In this document: one piece after another, positions 11,068-22,420 of the stretch | Layout: each line of letters opens with the position of its first letter | Position numbering within the stretch: the first letter of the stretch is position 1 | Assembly (NCBI GenBank): GCA_963741795.1 | Contig: CAVUJM010000007.1 | Location: 19,092 to 83,091 of the forward strand | Reading direction: 5' to 3' | Length of the DNA: 64,000 bases | Origin: an uncultured Chloroflexia bacterium | Lineage (GTDB): Bacteria > Chloroflexota > Chloroflexia > Thermomicrobiales > UBA6265 | The notes under the pieces: generated by a model | Database searches by the model: none | Seen by the model: only the letters and a program-made list of their open reading frames with translations | What the model was told of the DNA's origin: nothing | Position numbers and translations under genes: made by a program

Positions 11068-12609
11068 CTAGTCGGCCGCCGCGTCGTCGCGGGCCACAAG
11101 CCCGGACTGCGCCTTGAACTCGGTGGTGACCTTCTTCAGCGTCTCGACGATCTCATCGCTCAGCGCCTTCTCCTCGCGGATGCGCTGGAGCAGGCCGGAC
11201 TGGGTGCTGCGCATGTACTCGAGGTACTGGGCCTCGAACTCACGCACATTCTCGACCGGGATGTCGTCCAGAAGTCCGGCGGAGCCGGCCCACAGGATCG
11301 CCACCTGCTCCTCAACCGGGAGCGGGCTGTACTGCGGCTGCTTGAGGACCTCGGTCATGACCTGGCCGCGCTCGATCTGGCGACGGGTCGACGCGTCGAG
11401 GTCGCTCGTGCCGAACTGGGCGAAGGCCGCAAGCGAGCGGTAGTTCGCCATGTCGAGACGGAGCGAACCGGCAACGGTCTTCATGGCCTTGATCTGGGCC
11501 GCACCACCGACGCGGGACACCGAGAGACCGGTGTTGATGGCCGGGCGGATACCGCCGTAGAACAGGTCAGTCTCGAGGAAGATCTGGCCGTCGGTGATCG
11601 AGATCACGTTCGTCGGGATGTAGGCCGAGATGTCGCCGGCCTGCGTCTCGATGAGCGGGATCGACGTCAGCGAGCCACCACCAAGCTCGTCGCTGAGGCG
11701 CGCGGCGCGCTCAAGCAAGCGGCTGTGGAGGTAGAAGACGTCACCCGGGTAGGCCTCGCGTCCCGGCGGGCGGCGGACCAGCAGCGACACCTGGCGGTAG
11801 GCCTGGGCGTGCTTGGTGAGGTCGTCGTAGATGATGAGCGCGTCGCCGCCGTTCTCCATGAACTCCTCGCCCATCGCGGTACCCGCAAACGGGGCGATGT
11901 ACTGGAGCGGAGCCGGGTCGGCGGCCGAGGCGACGACGATGATCGTGTGATCGAGGGCGCCGTTCTCTTCCAGGATGCGGGAGAGCTGGGCAATCTGGGA
12001 CTGCTTCTGCCCGATGGCGACGTAGATGCACTTCACGCCGCTATCGCGCTGGTTGATGATCATATCCGTCGCGATCACCGACTTACCGGTCTGGCGGTCG
12101 CCCAGGATGAGCTGGCGCTGGCCGCGGCCGATCGGGGTCATCGCGTCGATGGCCTTGACACCCGTCTGGAGCGGCGTATCAACGTCCTGGCGCTTGATGA
12201 CGCCCGGAGCGATGCGCTCGATCTCGCGGGTCTTCTCCGTCTGGATCGGGCCCTTGCCGTCAATCGGCTGGCCGAGGGCGTTGACCACGCGACCGAGAAG
12301 GGCATCGCCGACGGGAACCGAGGCGACGGCACCGGTGGTGCGGACCTCGTCCCCTTCCTCGATGTCGATGTAGTCGCCCATCACGATGACGGACACGGCG
12401 TCTTCGCCGAGATTGAGCACGAGACCGTAGGTCCCGTCCTTGGTGAATTCGACAAGCTCCGACTGCATGGCCTGGCTCAGGCCGTGCACGGTGGCCACAC
12501 CGTCACCAACGGCGATCACCTGACCGACGTTGGAGACCGTAGCCTTCTCTGAGAAACCCTGGATCTGCTGCTTGAGCAGATCACTGATTTCGGTCGCGCG
12601 TACCGCCAT
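11068..12609 (-). CDS. atpA: ATP synthase F1 alpha subunit
   Basis: [37 protein letters not shown]. Confidence 0.98.
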   Translation of the reverse strand: MAVRATEISDLLKQQIQGFSEKATVSNVGQVIAVGDGVATVHGLSQAMQSELVEFTKDGTYGLVLNLGEDAVSVIVMGDYIDIEEGDEVRTTGAVASVPVGDALLGRVVNALGQPIDGKGPIQTEKTREIERIAPGVIKRQDVDTPLQTGVKAIDAMTPIGRGQRQLILGDRQTGKSVIATDMIINQRDSGVKCIYVAIGQKQSQIAQLSRILEENGALDHTIIVVASAADPAPLQYIAPFAGTAMGEEFMENGGDALIIYDDLTKHAQAYRQVSLLVRRPPGREAYPGDVFYLHSRLLERAARLSDELGGGSLTSIPLIETQAGDISAYIPTNVISITDGQIFLETDLFYGGIRPAINTGLSVSRVGGAAQIKAMKTVAGSLRLDMANYRSLAAFAQFGTSDLDASTRRQIERGQVMTEVLKQPQYSPLPVEEQVAILWAGSAGLLDDIPVENVREFEAQYLEYMRSTQSGLLQRIREEKALSDEIVETLKKVTTEFKAQSGLVARDDAAAD

Positions 12610-12733
12610 GATCGCTCCGTTCCTCCGCGGCCTCAGTGCCGCGCCGCGCGGTCCTGATCGTTGCCGTGGCTGTTCGCCTGGCTCGCCCCCGCACCTGCGG
12701 AGGCGCTCTCAAGCACCGTTCCGAGCCGTCTCG

Positions 12734-13265
12734 CTAGACGGCGTTCATCCTCGCCCGCAGGCGACGTAGTTGGGTCAACACACTTCCATCGATGACCTGG
12801 TCACCGATGCGCGCCACGATGCCGCCGATCATGCTGGCATCGGTGTGCAGGCGCAGCTCGACTTCCTTGCCCACGATGCTCTTCATCCGCTCGCGCACGA
12901 GCTCTTTGCCGGCATCGTCGAGCGCATCCGCAGTGGTCACATCGACCAGCACAACCCCGCGCGCCTCCATCGCCGCCTCATCGAAGAGTTCGACGATGTC
13001 GGGCATCAGCGAAAGCCGCCGCCGCTCGATCAACATGTGGAACAAGGTGCGAGCTTCTGGCTGCAGATCGGTCAGGACCGCGTCAACGGCCTTGAACTTC
13101 TCCGCATCCTGCACGCCGGGATTCGTCAGGAAGTTGACGATGTCCGAATCCGCGACCAGCGCGTTGAGCGTCCCCAGGTCGCGCTGCCAGGCCTCAAAGG
13201 TAGTTCGATTCCTGGGCGATCTCTTTCAGCGCCTGGGTGTAGCGCTTCGCTGCACTGCTTGCCAT
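12734..13265 (-). CDS. atpH: ATP synthase F1 delta subunit; +1 frameshift near 13202
   Basis: MASSAAKRYTQAL joins FEAWQRDL...FLTNPGV...MIGGIVARIGDQVIDGSV after removing one base. Confidence 0.92.
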
Positions 13266-13403
13266 TGCCCATGTCCTTGCGATCCGGATCACCCTCCCTG
13301 GCGGGGAGTTGCATGGCGTCCGGCCCTGTGTTGCCGTCTCGTGACTGTTGATACGACGGAAGGCAGCCGGCGAGGAGGCCCCGCCACTGCCTTCTGGCGT
13401 CTG

Positions 13404-13904
13404 TTACCGCCCGACGGGAGCCGAGTTCTCGGCCAGCGTGGCCTCGATCAGCTCCTTCTGGTCAGCCGGGGAGATCTCCTTGCGGATGATCTTGCCCGCG
13501 GCGGTGACCGCCAGGTCGGCAACTTCCTGGCGAAGCTGCTGGCGAGCCTGGGCAGTCTCCTGCCGCAGGGTCTCCTGCGCCCGTCCAAGGAACTCGTCTG
13601 CCGCGGCCCCGGCACGCTCGCGGGCCTTGGACTCCACCTGCTCGGCGTTCTGCCGCGCGGTCTGGAGGAGTTCCTGCGCCTCGCGCCGAGCCTGGGCCAT
13701 GATCTCCTCGTTCTTCGCCTGCGTCTCGCGCAGCTCAACCTGCATGCGCTCGGCGGCCATCAGGCTCTCGCTGATGCGCGCCTGGCGCTGGTCGAGCACC
13801 CGGACGATCGGCCCGACGGCGTACCGCCAGAGCAGATACACGAAGACCAGGAAGGCGATCGCCTGGACGAGTAGATTCCATCCATTGATGCCAAGTTGGT
13901 CCAT
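13404..13904 (-). CDS. atpF: ATP synthase F0 b subunit
   Basis: Single N-terminal TM helix followed by long coiled coil; operon position. Confidence 0.95.
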   Translation of the reverse strand: MDQLGINGWNLLVQAIAFLVFVYLLWRYAVGPIVRVLDQRQARISESLMAAERMQVELRETQAKNEEIMAQARREAQELLQTARQNAEQVESKARERAGAAADEFLGRAQETLRQETAQARQQLRQEVADLAVTAAGKIIRKEISPADQKELIEATLAENSAPVGR

Positions 13905-14050
13905 TACCGGCCACTCCTTCGCTACACATCCCGGGCCCGTCAGTCAATCAACGAGTGCGCTGCGGTGGTCCGCAGCGCACCCGGAGAGGACCAGAGCAGT
14001 GGGCTGCCGGCACTCCGCCTTCGCGGCGCGCCGGCACGATCCACCGATTC

Positions 14051-14383
<333 letters not shown>

Positions 14384-14456
14384 TCACACTCACGAAAAAA
14401 ACTCCGGTTCGAACCCGAGCCCCCGAGCCGTTCGAGGGCTGAACTCGCAAGGTTGG

Positions 14457-15488
14457 TTAGTCGCCCGCGGGAGACGGCGCTGTGCCGCGCGCCGGGGCAT
14501 TGTCGTCAACGGCCCGGACGGCGTCATGATTCTCCGCATGGGATTCATCATGATCGTCGTGCCCCGCGGCCGCGAGGGTGATGTAGATCAGGGTAAGGAG
14601 CGAGAAGACCAGCGCCTGGATGGTGCCGAACAGCGTTTCGAGCCCAAGGAAGATGACCGGGAAGAGCAGGGGCACGATCGCGATCTTGACAGCATTGGCG
14701 ATGGCGTACGCGACGCCGAGCAGGATCTCGCCTGCGAAGACGTTCCCGAAAAGACGGGCGGAGAGCGAGATGATGCGCGAGAGCTCCGAGATGACTTCGA
14801 TCGGGAACAGGAAGGGCGGGTTCGCCATGTGCTTCAGGCGGCCACCGACGCCGTGCGCCCGCACGCCGAAGATCTGGACAGCCACAAACGTGATGGTGGA
14901 CATCGCCAGCGTCATGTTCAGGTCGGCTGTCGGCGGGCGGAACAGCGGAACGTGCTCCGTCTCATGGGCGGCTTCCTCGCCACCATGCCCCTCGGCATCG
15001 TCGGCGACGGCCTCGGTGGTCGTCCCCGCGGCGTGATCATCGCCACCGCCATTGACGGCGGCGGTCGCGATCTGGCCCTCCTCGGTCTCCGTCACGACGT
15101 TCGCGTTCTCGACGGCGACCTCAGCCTCCGGGGCGTGATCGTCCTCGGCGTCCTTGGCGATCCAGATCGTGCCGATGCCCGGCAGCAGGCCGGTGAAGTT
15201 CGAGAAGATAATGAAGATGAAGAGACCGGAAACGAGCGGGAAGATCTTGCGCCCGAGCGTCTTGCCGCCGGAGCCTTCCACCAGGTTCAGCAGGAAGTCG
15301 ATGATCATCTCGCCGATGCCGCCGAAGCGGCCACCCTTGCGCGGGTCCACCGTGATGCGGCGGGCCATGAGCGAGAACACGACCAGCAACGCGGCCATGA
15401 CCAGGATCATGACAAGGAACGAGTTGGTTATCGGGATCGGGCCGATGTGGAAGAGCGTTTCAGCCGCAAGCGAGATATGCAAATCCAT
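14457..15488 (-). CDS. atpB: ATP synthase F0 a subunit with long acidic/His-rich insertion
   Basis: PITNS, SNFTGLLPG, PTADLN, SLSARLFGNVFAGE, IQALVFSLLT. Confidence 0.95.
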   Translation of the reverse strand: MDLHISLAAETLFHIGPIPITNSFLVMILVMAALLVVFSLMARRITVDPRKGGRFGGIGEMIIDFLLNLVEGSGGKTLGRKIFPLVSGLFIFIIFSNFTGLLPGIGTIWIAKDAEDDHAPEAEVAVENANVVTETEEGQIATAAVNGGGDDHAAGTTTEAVADDAEGHGGEEAAHETEHVPLFRPPTADLNMTLAMSTITFVAVQIFGVRAHGVGGRLKHMANPPFLFPIEVISELSRIISLSARLFGNVFAGEILLGVAYAIANAVKIAIVPLLFPVIFLGLETLFGTIQALVFSLLTLIYITLAAAGHDDHDESHAENHDAVRAVDDNAPARGTAPSPAGD

Positions 15489-15639
15489 GACGTGTGGTGC
15501 GCCTCTCTTCAACTCTCGCACGCAACCTTGCGTGCTGGAGTACTCCCCGCTGTGGAGTCCCCCCGGATCCACGAATCGCCAACCGGAAAATGGAATCAAC
15601 CGGGTTGGCTCGCACAAAAGAACGCCGTTCAGACGGAGG

Positions 15640-15930
15640 TCAAACCCTTCGGGAGAACCGGCGTTCCAGGACTCGCCCGACCGGACCATTGTTGCGGTCC
15701 GTCCGGTTGAGCAGCGCGAGCTCATACAACTGATAGCCCGCGGACACGAGGCCAAGCGCAAGACCGATCAGTGTAAAAACAGGAGCCATATCGAGCCGGC
15801 GGTCCAGCCAGACCCCGCCACCGACCATGACTGCGAGAGAAAGCGCAACGCCAAACCCGAGGGTTGAGGCGGTGGCGATCTTCTGCAGGTCGCGGTCCTT
15901 CTGGAGGTCGGGCAACTTCTCGTCGCTCAA
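15640..15930 (-). CDS. atpI: AtpZ/AtpI family small membrane protein
   Basis: GGGVWLDRRLDMAPVFTLIGLALG two-TM motif; TTG 15930 after AGGAG; first gene of the atp operon. Confidence 0.8.
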   Translation of the reverse strand: MSDEKLPDLQKDRDLQKIATASTLGFGVALSLAVMVGGGVWLDRRLDMAPVFTLIGLALGLVSAGYQLYELALLNRTDRNNGPVGRVLERRFSRRV

Positions 15931-15986
15931 GCTGCGCTCCTGACAACGCATCACGCACCTGACAGCCCGTGACGCACTTACGCGAG

Positions 15987-16015
15987 AGTGTACCACCCCG
16001 ACCAGTTGTGAGCAA
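15987..16015 (-). promoter_or_regulatory. Sigma70-type promoter of the atp operon
   Basis: Minus strand TTGCTC-17 bp-TACACT with TGn extension. Confidence 0.65.
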
Positions 16016-16023
16016 AATCACAA
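16006..16023. promoter_or_regulatory. Rex-like (or CRP-like) operator overlapping the atp -35
   Basis: TTGTGAGCAAAATCACAA vs Rex consensus TTGTGAA-N4-TTCACAA. Confidence 0.7.
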
Positions 16024-16052
16024 TTCGCGATCGAACGCGATGTGTCCGCTCG

Positions 16053-17057
16053 CTAGAACAGCACGAACCCGTCGGCGAGCGGGTCGGAAGGGTCCACATA
16101 GAAGGTATGAGTGCCGGTGACCTGCCCGCGCCCGGAGATCTCGATGATCACGCCCGGGTGCTCCCCCACCGTCGTGTTATTGACGATGCGACCCGTCATG
16201 TAGGTGTCAACCACGCTCTCGGAGACGTAGGGCTGGCTAACGTCCAGCTCACCGTCGGCGGCGCGGGCCGCCATTGTCGCGGCCATGCCGGTGGCACAGG
16301 GTGAGCGGTCGATCAGACCGTCAAGATAGACGGTCGCGTTCCGGCTGTCGGCCTCGTCGCTCGTCGGGTCCCCGAGGAAGACCGTGCCGAAGATACCGGA
16401 GAGCGCCGGATCGACGGGGTGGACGATATCGAACCGGTTGCCGACTTCTCGCGAGATCGCGACGCCCATCTCGGACAACGACTTGGCGGCCCCGGGGTCC
16501 AGTGAGACCTCGGCGTCCTCCGCCCGCACGATCGCGTACCAGTTCCCGCCGTAGGCGATATCGACCGTCATGCGGCGGTCGCCGACGGTGATCTCGATGT
16601 CTTTATGCGTCCGGAACGCAGGCACGTTGCGAAAGCGGACGTTGCGTACGCGGCCCTGGTCAACGCTGGCGCGCGCCTGGATCGGGCCGGAGAAGGTATC
16701 GAAGGTGATGCGCGTGTCAGGGCCATCGGTGGGCACCGTTCCCGACTCGATCAGGATGGTGGCGAGGGCGATCATGCCATGGCCCGACATCGGCTTGTAG
16801 CCACCAGCGGACATGAAGATCACGCCGTAGTCGATCTCCGGATCCAGCGACGGCAGCAACACCGCGCCGGTCAGCCCGGCGTGGCCACGGGGCTCGGCAA
16901 GGAGCCAGCGACGGATAGCGTCGTGATCCTTCTGGAAGAGCGCGATCTGCTCGCGTACCGGGGCTGCCGCGATCCTCGGCACGCCGAAGGTGACCAACCG
17001 CAAAGGCTGGCCTGCCACATGGGCGTCGATGGTCGTCAGCATGTCCTTCCAGCGCAC
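16053..17057 (-). CDS. Proline racemase superfamily protein (Ser/Cys active-site pair)
   Basis: IDAHVAGQPLR, EPRGH, PMSGHG, AYGGNWY, DRSPCATG. Confidence 0.9.
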   Translation of the reverse strand: MRWKDMLTTIDAHVAGQPLRLVTFGVPRIAAAPVREQIALFQKDHDAIRRWLLAEPRGHAGLTGAVLLPSLDPEIDYGVIFMSAGGYKPMSGHGMIALATILIESGTVPTDGPDTRITFDTFSGPIQARASVDQGRVRNVRFRNVPAFRTHKDIEITVGDRRMTVDIAYGGNWYAIVRAEDAEVSLDPGAAKSLSEMGVAISREVGNRFDIVHPVDPALSGIFGTVFLGDPTSDEADSRNATVYLDGLIDRSPCATGMAATMAARAADGELDVSQPYVSESVVDTYMTGRIVNNTTVGEHPGVIIEISGRGQVTGTHTFYVDPSDPLADGFVLF

Positions 17058-17205
17058 GTTCGTCTCTCCCCCTGGAACTCGAGCACCCTGCCGGAGTCAC
17101 GGGCTTCGCGATCCGACGTCAGGCGCTGGTGTGTGGTGCGGTCGGCCGGTCGGCCACTATCAGCATCATCATACAACCGTCGTCACCCATCGCCGCGTGT
17201 ATGGG

Positions 17206-17979
17206 TCACCACCAGCCGTAGGGGATGTTGCGGTGCGGATCCAGGAGCGGGTACCGGCGGGAGGCGATCAGCCCTTGCAGGCGCGAGCGCAACGCGGCCC
17301 ACTCCTGCGCCGAGAGCAGGACCGGAAGCTCCGAAAGCTTCGCCTCGAGATCGGCGGCGAGCGCCTCCAGATCGGCCAGCAGCTCCTCGCTGATTGGGCG
17401 ACCGACGAACTGCCAGAGCACCGTGCGCAGCTTCGGGTACTGGTTGAAGGTAAGGCCGTGATCGATGCCGATCACCTTGCCGGACGGCGTCAGCAGGCAA
17501 TGGGTGATCTTGCGGTCGGCGTTATTGGCGAGGTGGTCGAACAGCACCAGACGCTCGATCTCGACCGTGCGCTGGCCCCAGTACTCGGCGTCTTCCATGA
17601 CGTCCGGCTGGCTGGGCACGTAGATCTGGACGCTGCCAACGCCATGCGGTCCATCGCGCACGACGGTCGGCGGCACGATCCCCCACCCCAGCGCGCGGCT
17701 GAGGAGATACGAGGCACGTTCGCGGTTGTGGAGCGTCCCGTGCTGGAAATCATGAAGCGGGCGCTCGCCGGCCATCGGCTTGTAGATAGCGAGGTGCCCC
17801 GGCGCGCCTTCACGCTCCAGGGCTACCGCGAACGTGTAGTTGCTGCCCCAGGGCACCAGCTCGGTGGCCGTGATCTCCGCTTCCGCCAGCATCTGCAACG
17901 CGTCGTCATCATCGAGCTCCGGCTGCGGGATAATCTCGCCGGTCTCTTCGTCCCGGAGGAACAGGTTCAGCTCGGGCAT
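17206..17979 (-). CDS. SCO1664 family protein (PI3/PI4-kinase-like fold)
   Basis: PWGSNYTF, IYKPMAGERPLHDF, VPPTVVRDGPHG, NNADRK, IDHGLTF. Confidence 0.85.
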   Translation of the reverse strand: MPELNLFLRDEETGEIIPQPELDDDDALQMLAEAEITATELVPWGSNYTFAVALEREGAPGHLAIYKPMAGERPLHDFQHGTLHNRERASYLLSRALGWGIVPPTVVRDGPHGVGSVQIYVPSQPDVMEDAEYWGQRTVEIERLVLFDHLANNADRKITHCLLTPSGKVIGIDHGLTFNQYPKLRTVLWQFVGRPISEELLADLEALAADLEAKLSELPVLLSAQEWAALRSRLQGLIASRRYPLLDPHRNIPYGWW

Positions 17980-18098
17980 CAGGAGGCTCCCGGATCGCGG
18001 CGGCGTGATTCGGCCTCTATGATATCGCGACCTGGGGGATTCCCATGTACGATGAGCCGCAGACACGTGGGATCAGATACGAAGGAGAACCCGGAATC

Positions 18099-18872
18099 AT
18101 GAAGATCGTGCGCTACTCGGACAAGAACGGCGGCGACGGCGCCTTTGGCATCCTCGAAGACTCGACCATCTACGCGCTCGAGGGCGATCTCTTCGGCACG
18201 CATAGCAAGGGAGCCGAGGTTGGGTCCGTGGACGACATCACGCTGCTTGCGCCGCTGGAACCAGGAAAGATCGTCGCGATCGGTCTCAACTACAAGGCCC
18301 ACGTGACGGAGCTGGACTCCTCCCGCAAGCTCCCCGAGTTCCCGGTCATGTTCATGAAGCCTCAGTCAGCCGTGATCGGACCGGACGCGCCGATCGAGAT
18401 CGCGAACCCGGAGCATGACACTCACTACGAGGCCGAGCTCGTCGCCGTGATCGGCAAGACGGCCCGCGACGTCTCCGAGGATGAGGCGCTCGAGTACGTA
18501 TTCGGGTACACGGCCGGAAATGATGTCTCCGACCGCAAGATCCAGTACGCCTCGGGGCAATGGATCCAGGGCAAGGGCTACGACACCTACTGCCCGCTCG
18601 GCCCATGGATCGAGACGGAGCTGGACCCGGGCCATGTCCAGGTGCAGTCGCGCCTGAACGGCGAGGTTCGCCAGGATAGCAACACGGAGATCCTGATCTT
18701 CAGCGTCCCCTTCCTGGTCAGCTATGTCAGCAAGGTGATGACGCTGCACCCGGGCGACGTGATCATGACGGGGACACCGCACGGCGTCGGCCCGATGAAG
18801 GCCGGCGACACGATCGAGATCGACGTCGAGGGCGTCGGCGTCCTACGCAACCCGGTCGTCAACCGGGCCTGA
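18099..18872 (+). CDS. Fumarylacetoacetate hydrolase family protein
   Basis: [38 protein letters not shown]; AAGGAG RBS. Confidence 0.92.
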   Translation: MKIVRYSDKNGGDGAFGILEDSTIYALEGDLFGTHSKGAEVGSVDDITLLAPLEPGKIVAIGLNYKAHVTELDSSRKLPEFPVMFMKPQSAVIGPDAPIEIANPEHDTHYEAELVAVIGKTARDVSEDEALEYVFGYTAGNDVSDRKIQYASGQWIQGKGYDTYCPLGPWIETELDPGHVQVQSRLNGEVRQDSNTEILIFSVPFLVSYVSKVMTLHPGDVIMTGTPHGVGPMKAGDTIEIDVEGVGVLRNPVVNRA

Positions 18873-19072
18873 CGCCGCTCCCCTCCCGACGCCTCGCACA
18901 CCCCGGCCGGAGCTATTCCGCCGGGGTGTGCTGCGTGGTGGAGGTGTACACTCTCCTCTCAGGACGCCGGTTACAAACCGGCGCATTCGGGGCGCTCGCC
19001 GGCTCACGCTGCCTGTTCCATGCGACGCCACGCCCCGCCACCAACGATGATGTCCGGGAGGATTCGTATCCA

Positions 19073-20470
19073 ATGAATGTCACCATGTTCGGGACGGGCT
19101 ACGTCGGCCTCGTCACCGGCGCCTGCTTCGCCGAGAGCGGCAACACCGTCTATTGCGTGGACGTTGACGCGAACAAGATCGAAGGCCTGAACAACGGCAT
19201 CGTGCCGATCTACGAGCCGGGCTTGACCGAGCTGGTCGAGCAGAACCATGCCGCCGGCCGCCTGAAGTTCACGACCGACGCCCAGGACGGCATCGACCAC
19301 GGCCGCTTCATCTTCATCGCCGTCGGCACGCCCCCGAACGAAGACGGTTCGTCCGACCTGAAGTACGTCGAGGCGGTCGCGAGCACGATTGGCGAGCACC
19401 TCTCGAAGCCGGCGATCATCGTCAACAAGTCGACGGTGCCGGTCGGGACGGCTGACCGCGTGCGTGAGATCATCACCGCCCGGCTGAAGGAGCGCGGCGT
19501 CGACGTGCCGTTCGACGTGGTGAGCAACCCGGAGTTTTTGAAGGAAGGCGCGGCGATCGAGGACTTCCAGCGCCCGGACCGCATCATCATCGGCGCGGAA
19601 TCCAGCGAGGCGATCGAGGCGATGCGCCAGCTCTACTCCCCGTTCAACCGCAACCACAACCGCATCATCGTCATGGACATCCGCTCGGCGGAGCTGACGA
19701 AGTACGCCGCGAACGCGATGCTGGCGACGAAGATCTCGTTCATGAACGAGATCGCGAACATCGCCGAGCGCGTCGGGGCGAACATCGAGAACGTCCGCAT
19801 CGGCATCGGCTCGGACGAGCGCATCGGCTACAACTTCATCTATGCCGGCATCGGCTACGGTGGCTCGTGCTTCCCCAAGGACATCCGCGCGCTGGTCAAT
19901 ACCGCGCAAGCGTATGGCTACGACGCCCGTCTGATCGAGTCCGTCGAGGACGTCAACCAGGACCAGAAGCAGCTGATGATCGGCAAGATCGTCGATCATT
20001 TCGGCGACGACCTGCGCGGTAAAACGTTCGCGCTGTGGGGTCTGGCCTTCAAGCCGAAGACCGACGACATGCGCGATGCGCCGAGCCGCGACATCATGGA
20101 GGGCCTTTGGTCCCGTGGCGCGCGGGTCCAGGCGTACGATCCGGAGGCAATGGAGACGGCCGAGCGCCTGTATGGCGAGAGCGAGCAGTTCCAGCTGGCC
20201 GCCAGCCGTGACGAGGCGCTGCTGAACGCCGACGCGCTGATCATCGCGACGGAGTGGCGGCAGTTCCGCAGCCCGGATTGGGAAGCGCTGCGCGAGCGCC
20301 TGGCGGAGCCGATCATCTTCGACGGCCGGAACATCTTCGACCCGGCGAGGGTGACGCGCGAGGGCTTCACCTACTACGGTATCGGCCTGGGCGACCAGAT
20401 CCGCAAGGCGAACGGCGAAACGCAGGACAGGACGCCGAAGCCGGACCCGCAGATGGTGACCGCCGATTAG
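19073..20470 (+). CDS. ugd: UDP-glucose/GDP-mannose 6-dehydrogenase
   Basis: [31 protein letters not shown]; GGAGG RBS. Confidence 0.93.
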   Translation: MNVTMFGTGYVGLVTGACFAESGNTVYCVDVDANKIEGLNNGIVPIYEPGLTELVEQNHAAGRLKFTTDAQDGIDHGRFIFIAVGTPPNEDGSSDLKYVEAVASTIGEHLSKPAIIVNKSTVPVGTADRVREIITARLKERGVDVPFDVVSNPEFLKEGAAIEDFQRPDRIIIGAESSEAIEAMRQLYSPFNRNHNRIIVMDIRSAELTKYAANAMLATKISFMNEIANIAERVGANIENVRIGIGSDERIGYNFIYAGIGYGGSCFPKDIRALVNTAQAYGYDARLIESVEDVNQDQKQLMIGKIVDHFGDDLRGKTFALWGLAFKPKTDDMRDAPSRDIMEGLWSRGARVQAYDPEAMETAERLYGESEQFQLAASRDEALLNADALIIATEWRQFRSPDWEALRERLAEPIIFDGRNIFDPARVTREGFTYYGIGLGDQIRKANGETQDRTPKPDPQMVTAD

Positions 20471-20492
20471 AGCGCGATCAGGGCGGTTGATA

Positions 20493-20588
20493 GTAGTCCC
20501 GGGCCGTGCCCGGGACGGCACCGAAGGTGCCGCGTTGGCGCCCATATCGCCCTTCGGGCGATGTCTCGCCCACCGAGGGCGAGACGAC
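20493..20588. repeat. Four-hairpin REPIN-like element (GTAG...CGAC)
   Basis: GTAG-TCCCGGGC-cgt-GCCCGGGA, GGCACC-gaa-GGTGCC, ATCGCCC-ttc-GGGCGAT, GTCTCGCCC-accga-GGGCGAGAC. Confidence 0.8.
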
Positions 20589-20649
20589 ATGGCGGTCAAC
20601 CACCCTGCAGATGGCTATAGGCCACGTCGAACAGTACAGGTGCACAACT

Positions 20650-20724
20650 GTAGACCCGAGCGACCTCGCTGTCCGGGTCTTGCGTTATGTCGCCGACCTC
20701 CGGGCTCGAGCGTCCAGGGTCTAC
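20650..20724. repeat. Second REPIN-like element (GTAGACCC...GGGTCTAC)
   Basis: Terminal inverted repeat GTAGACCC/GGGTCTAC; each half forms an imperfect hairpin. Confidence 0.6.
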
Positions 20725-20755
20725 GGAATGCCGTCAACATGGGGTGTCCGGCGGC

Positions 20756-21682
20756 CTACCCGAGGACGAGGCGGTCCAGCGACATGGCGAAGAAGATGCC
20801 GGCCATGTACCAGATGGAGAAGAAGAACGTCCGGCGGGCAAGGCCCTTGCTCGGGTTCATGAGCAGCTGCATCGCCAGCTTCAGGAACCAGATGCCGAGA
20901 CCGAGCGCCCCGGCCAGGTATATCCACCCCATCCCGAACGGCATCAGGAGCAGCGAAACGGCGACCAGCATCACGGTGTAGAGGGCGATCTGCTTCCGCG
21001 TCTCCTCCTCACCGGCGACGTTCGGCAGCATCGGCATCCCGACGCGGCCATACTCGCCCTGCTTGAGCAGCGCCAGCGACCAGAAGTGCGGTGGGGTCCA
21101 GTAGAAGATGATCGCGAAGAGGATCCATGCCGGCGCCGAGATCGAGCCGGTGATCGCCGCCCAGCCGACGAGCGGCGGCATCGCCCCGGCCGCGCCGCCA
21201 ATGACGATGTTCTGGGCGGTACGGCGCTTGAGGATCAGCGTGTAAATGACGACGTAGTAGAAGTTGCCGGCCAGTGCGATCCCCGCCGCGACCCAGTTCA
21301 CCAGGAATCCGAGCAGCAGGAAGCCGCCGAGCGTCAGGGCGCCGGCGAACAGCGCGCCGTTAAGCGCCGAAATGCGGCCGTTGGCCGTCCCGCGCTTGCG
21401 CGTGCGAGGCATCTTCGCGTCGATATCGCGGTCGATCACGCAATTGAACGCGTTCGCGCCGCCGGCGGTCATCCACCCGCCGAGGAGCGTGACGACGATC
21501 AGCCAGAACGGCGGCGCCCCACGATACGCGACGAGCATCGCGCCGAGGGTGGTGACCAGCAAGAGCGCCATGATGCCGGGCTTGGTAAGGGCGATGTACT
21601 CGCCCACCAGCCCCATCACGCCATCGGAAGCCTCATCGGCCGCCGGCTGATTATGCTGCTCGACGTTCTGCGTGTTGATCAT
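20756..21682 (-). CDS. cyoE: Heme o synthase (protoheme IX farnesyltransferase)
   Basis: LTKPGI, DRDIDAKMPRT, LKRRTAQNIVIGGAAG, WTPPHFWSL. Confidence 0.95.
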   Translation of the reverse strand: MINTQNVEQHNQPAADEASDGVMGLVGEYIALTKPGIMALLLVTTLGAMLVAYRGAPPFWLIVVTLLGGWMTAGGANAFNCVIDRDIDAKMPRTRKRGTANGRISALNGALFAGALTLGGFLLLGFLVNWVAAGIALAGNFYYVVIYTLILKRRTAQNIVIGGAAGAMPPLVGWAAITGSISAPAWILFAIIFYWTPPHFWSLALLKQGEYGRVGMPMLPNVAGEEETRKQIALYTVMLVAVSLLLMPFGMGWIYLAGALGLGIWFLKLAMQLLMNPSKGLARRTFFFSIWYMAGIFFAMSLDRLVLG

Positions 21683-21974
21683 GAATCGAAAACCCTGCCA
21701 ATGGAGGAGTGGGACGAATTGACGAAGAGGTACACCCCGTACGGGTCTGCGCGTCAACGGTACCGCTGCAATGATCGTGCCCGCCGCGTGGTGAACGCAA
21801 TGCCCGGACTCTGGTCGGTCGTGGAATCGGTTGGATACCCGCCCGGGATTCGGGCAACACAAGCACCCCGCCACGCGGGTTCCCATATTCTACCCTGTTC
21901 CAAAAGGGAAGGCATACGGACAACGGCACGGACTCCACACCCCTTGACAGGCGGGACGGACGGCCTGAAGGTAT

Positions 21975-21992
21975 TGGTGAAATCCGTCACAA
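21975..21992. promoter_or_regulatory. Second Rex/CRP-like operator, between cyoE and a divergent small ORF
   Basis: TGGTGAAATCCGTCACAA; just downstream of TTGACA (21944-21949) and a weak -10. Confidence 0.5.
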
Positions 21993-22131
21993 GGGTTTCA
22001 CCTCGCCTCCGCGGACGGTCCGGGCGCGAGGGCCCACGCCGCGTGGCGCAACGATTGCGTTAACGCGGGCAGAATCGATCCTGATCTTACGCGTGCAACG
22101 ACGCACGCCGTCCCCGGGGAGGTGAATCGCC

Positions 22132-22392
22132 ATGACCGCATCCTTCAAGACGCCACCCACATCCATCTCCACCTGGCTGCGGCCAGGTCAGCGCTTCCGC
22201 TCGCCGGATGGCGGATCGGAGAGCGAGCTGACGGTGTCTCGCCTCGTGCAGGACACCATGGGCTTGACCCATGCGGTGTTACGGGACAACTCCGGCCGCG
22301 AGATCAGCATGTTTGCCGACCAGATCCAGTTCGCGATCGAGGTCGGGATGCTGTCTCCCATGGAGACAACCATGGTCGGCCCCGCCTGCTAG
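22132..22392 (+). CDS. Hypothetical small protein (86 aa)
   Basis: Strong GGAGGTGA RBS, GC3-biased codons, downstream terminator. Confidence 0.75.
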   Translation: MTASFKTPPTSISTWLRPGQRFRSPDGGSESELTVSRLVQDTMGLTHAVLRDNSGREISMFADQIQFAIEVGMLSPMETTMVGPAC

Positions 22393-22420
22393 CAACAATC
22401 CCAACCGTCTGAAACACAAG

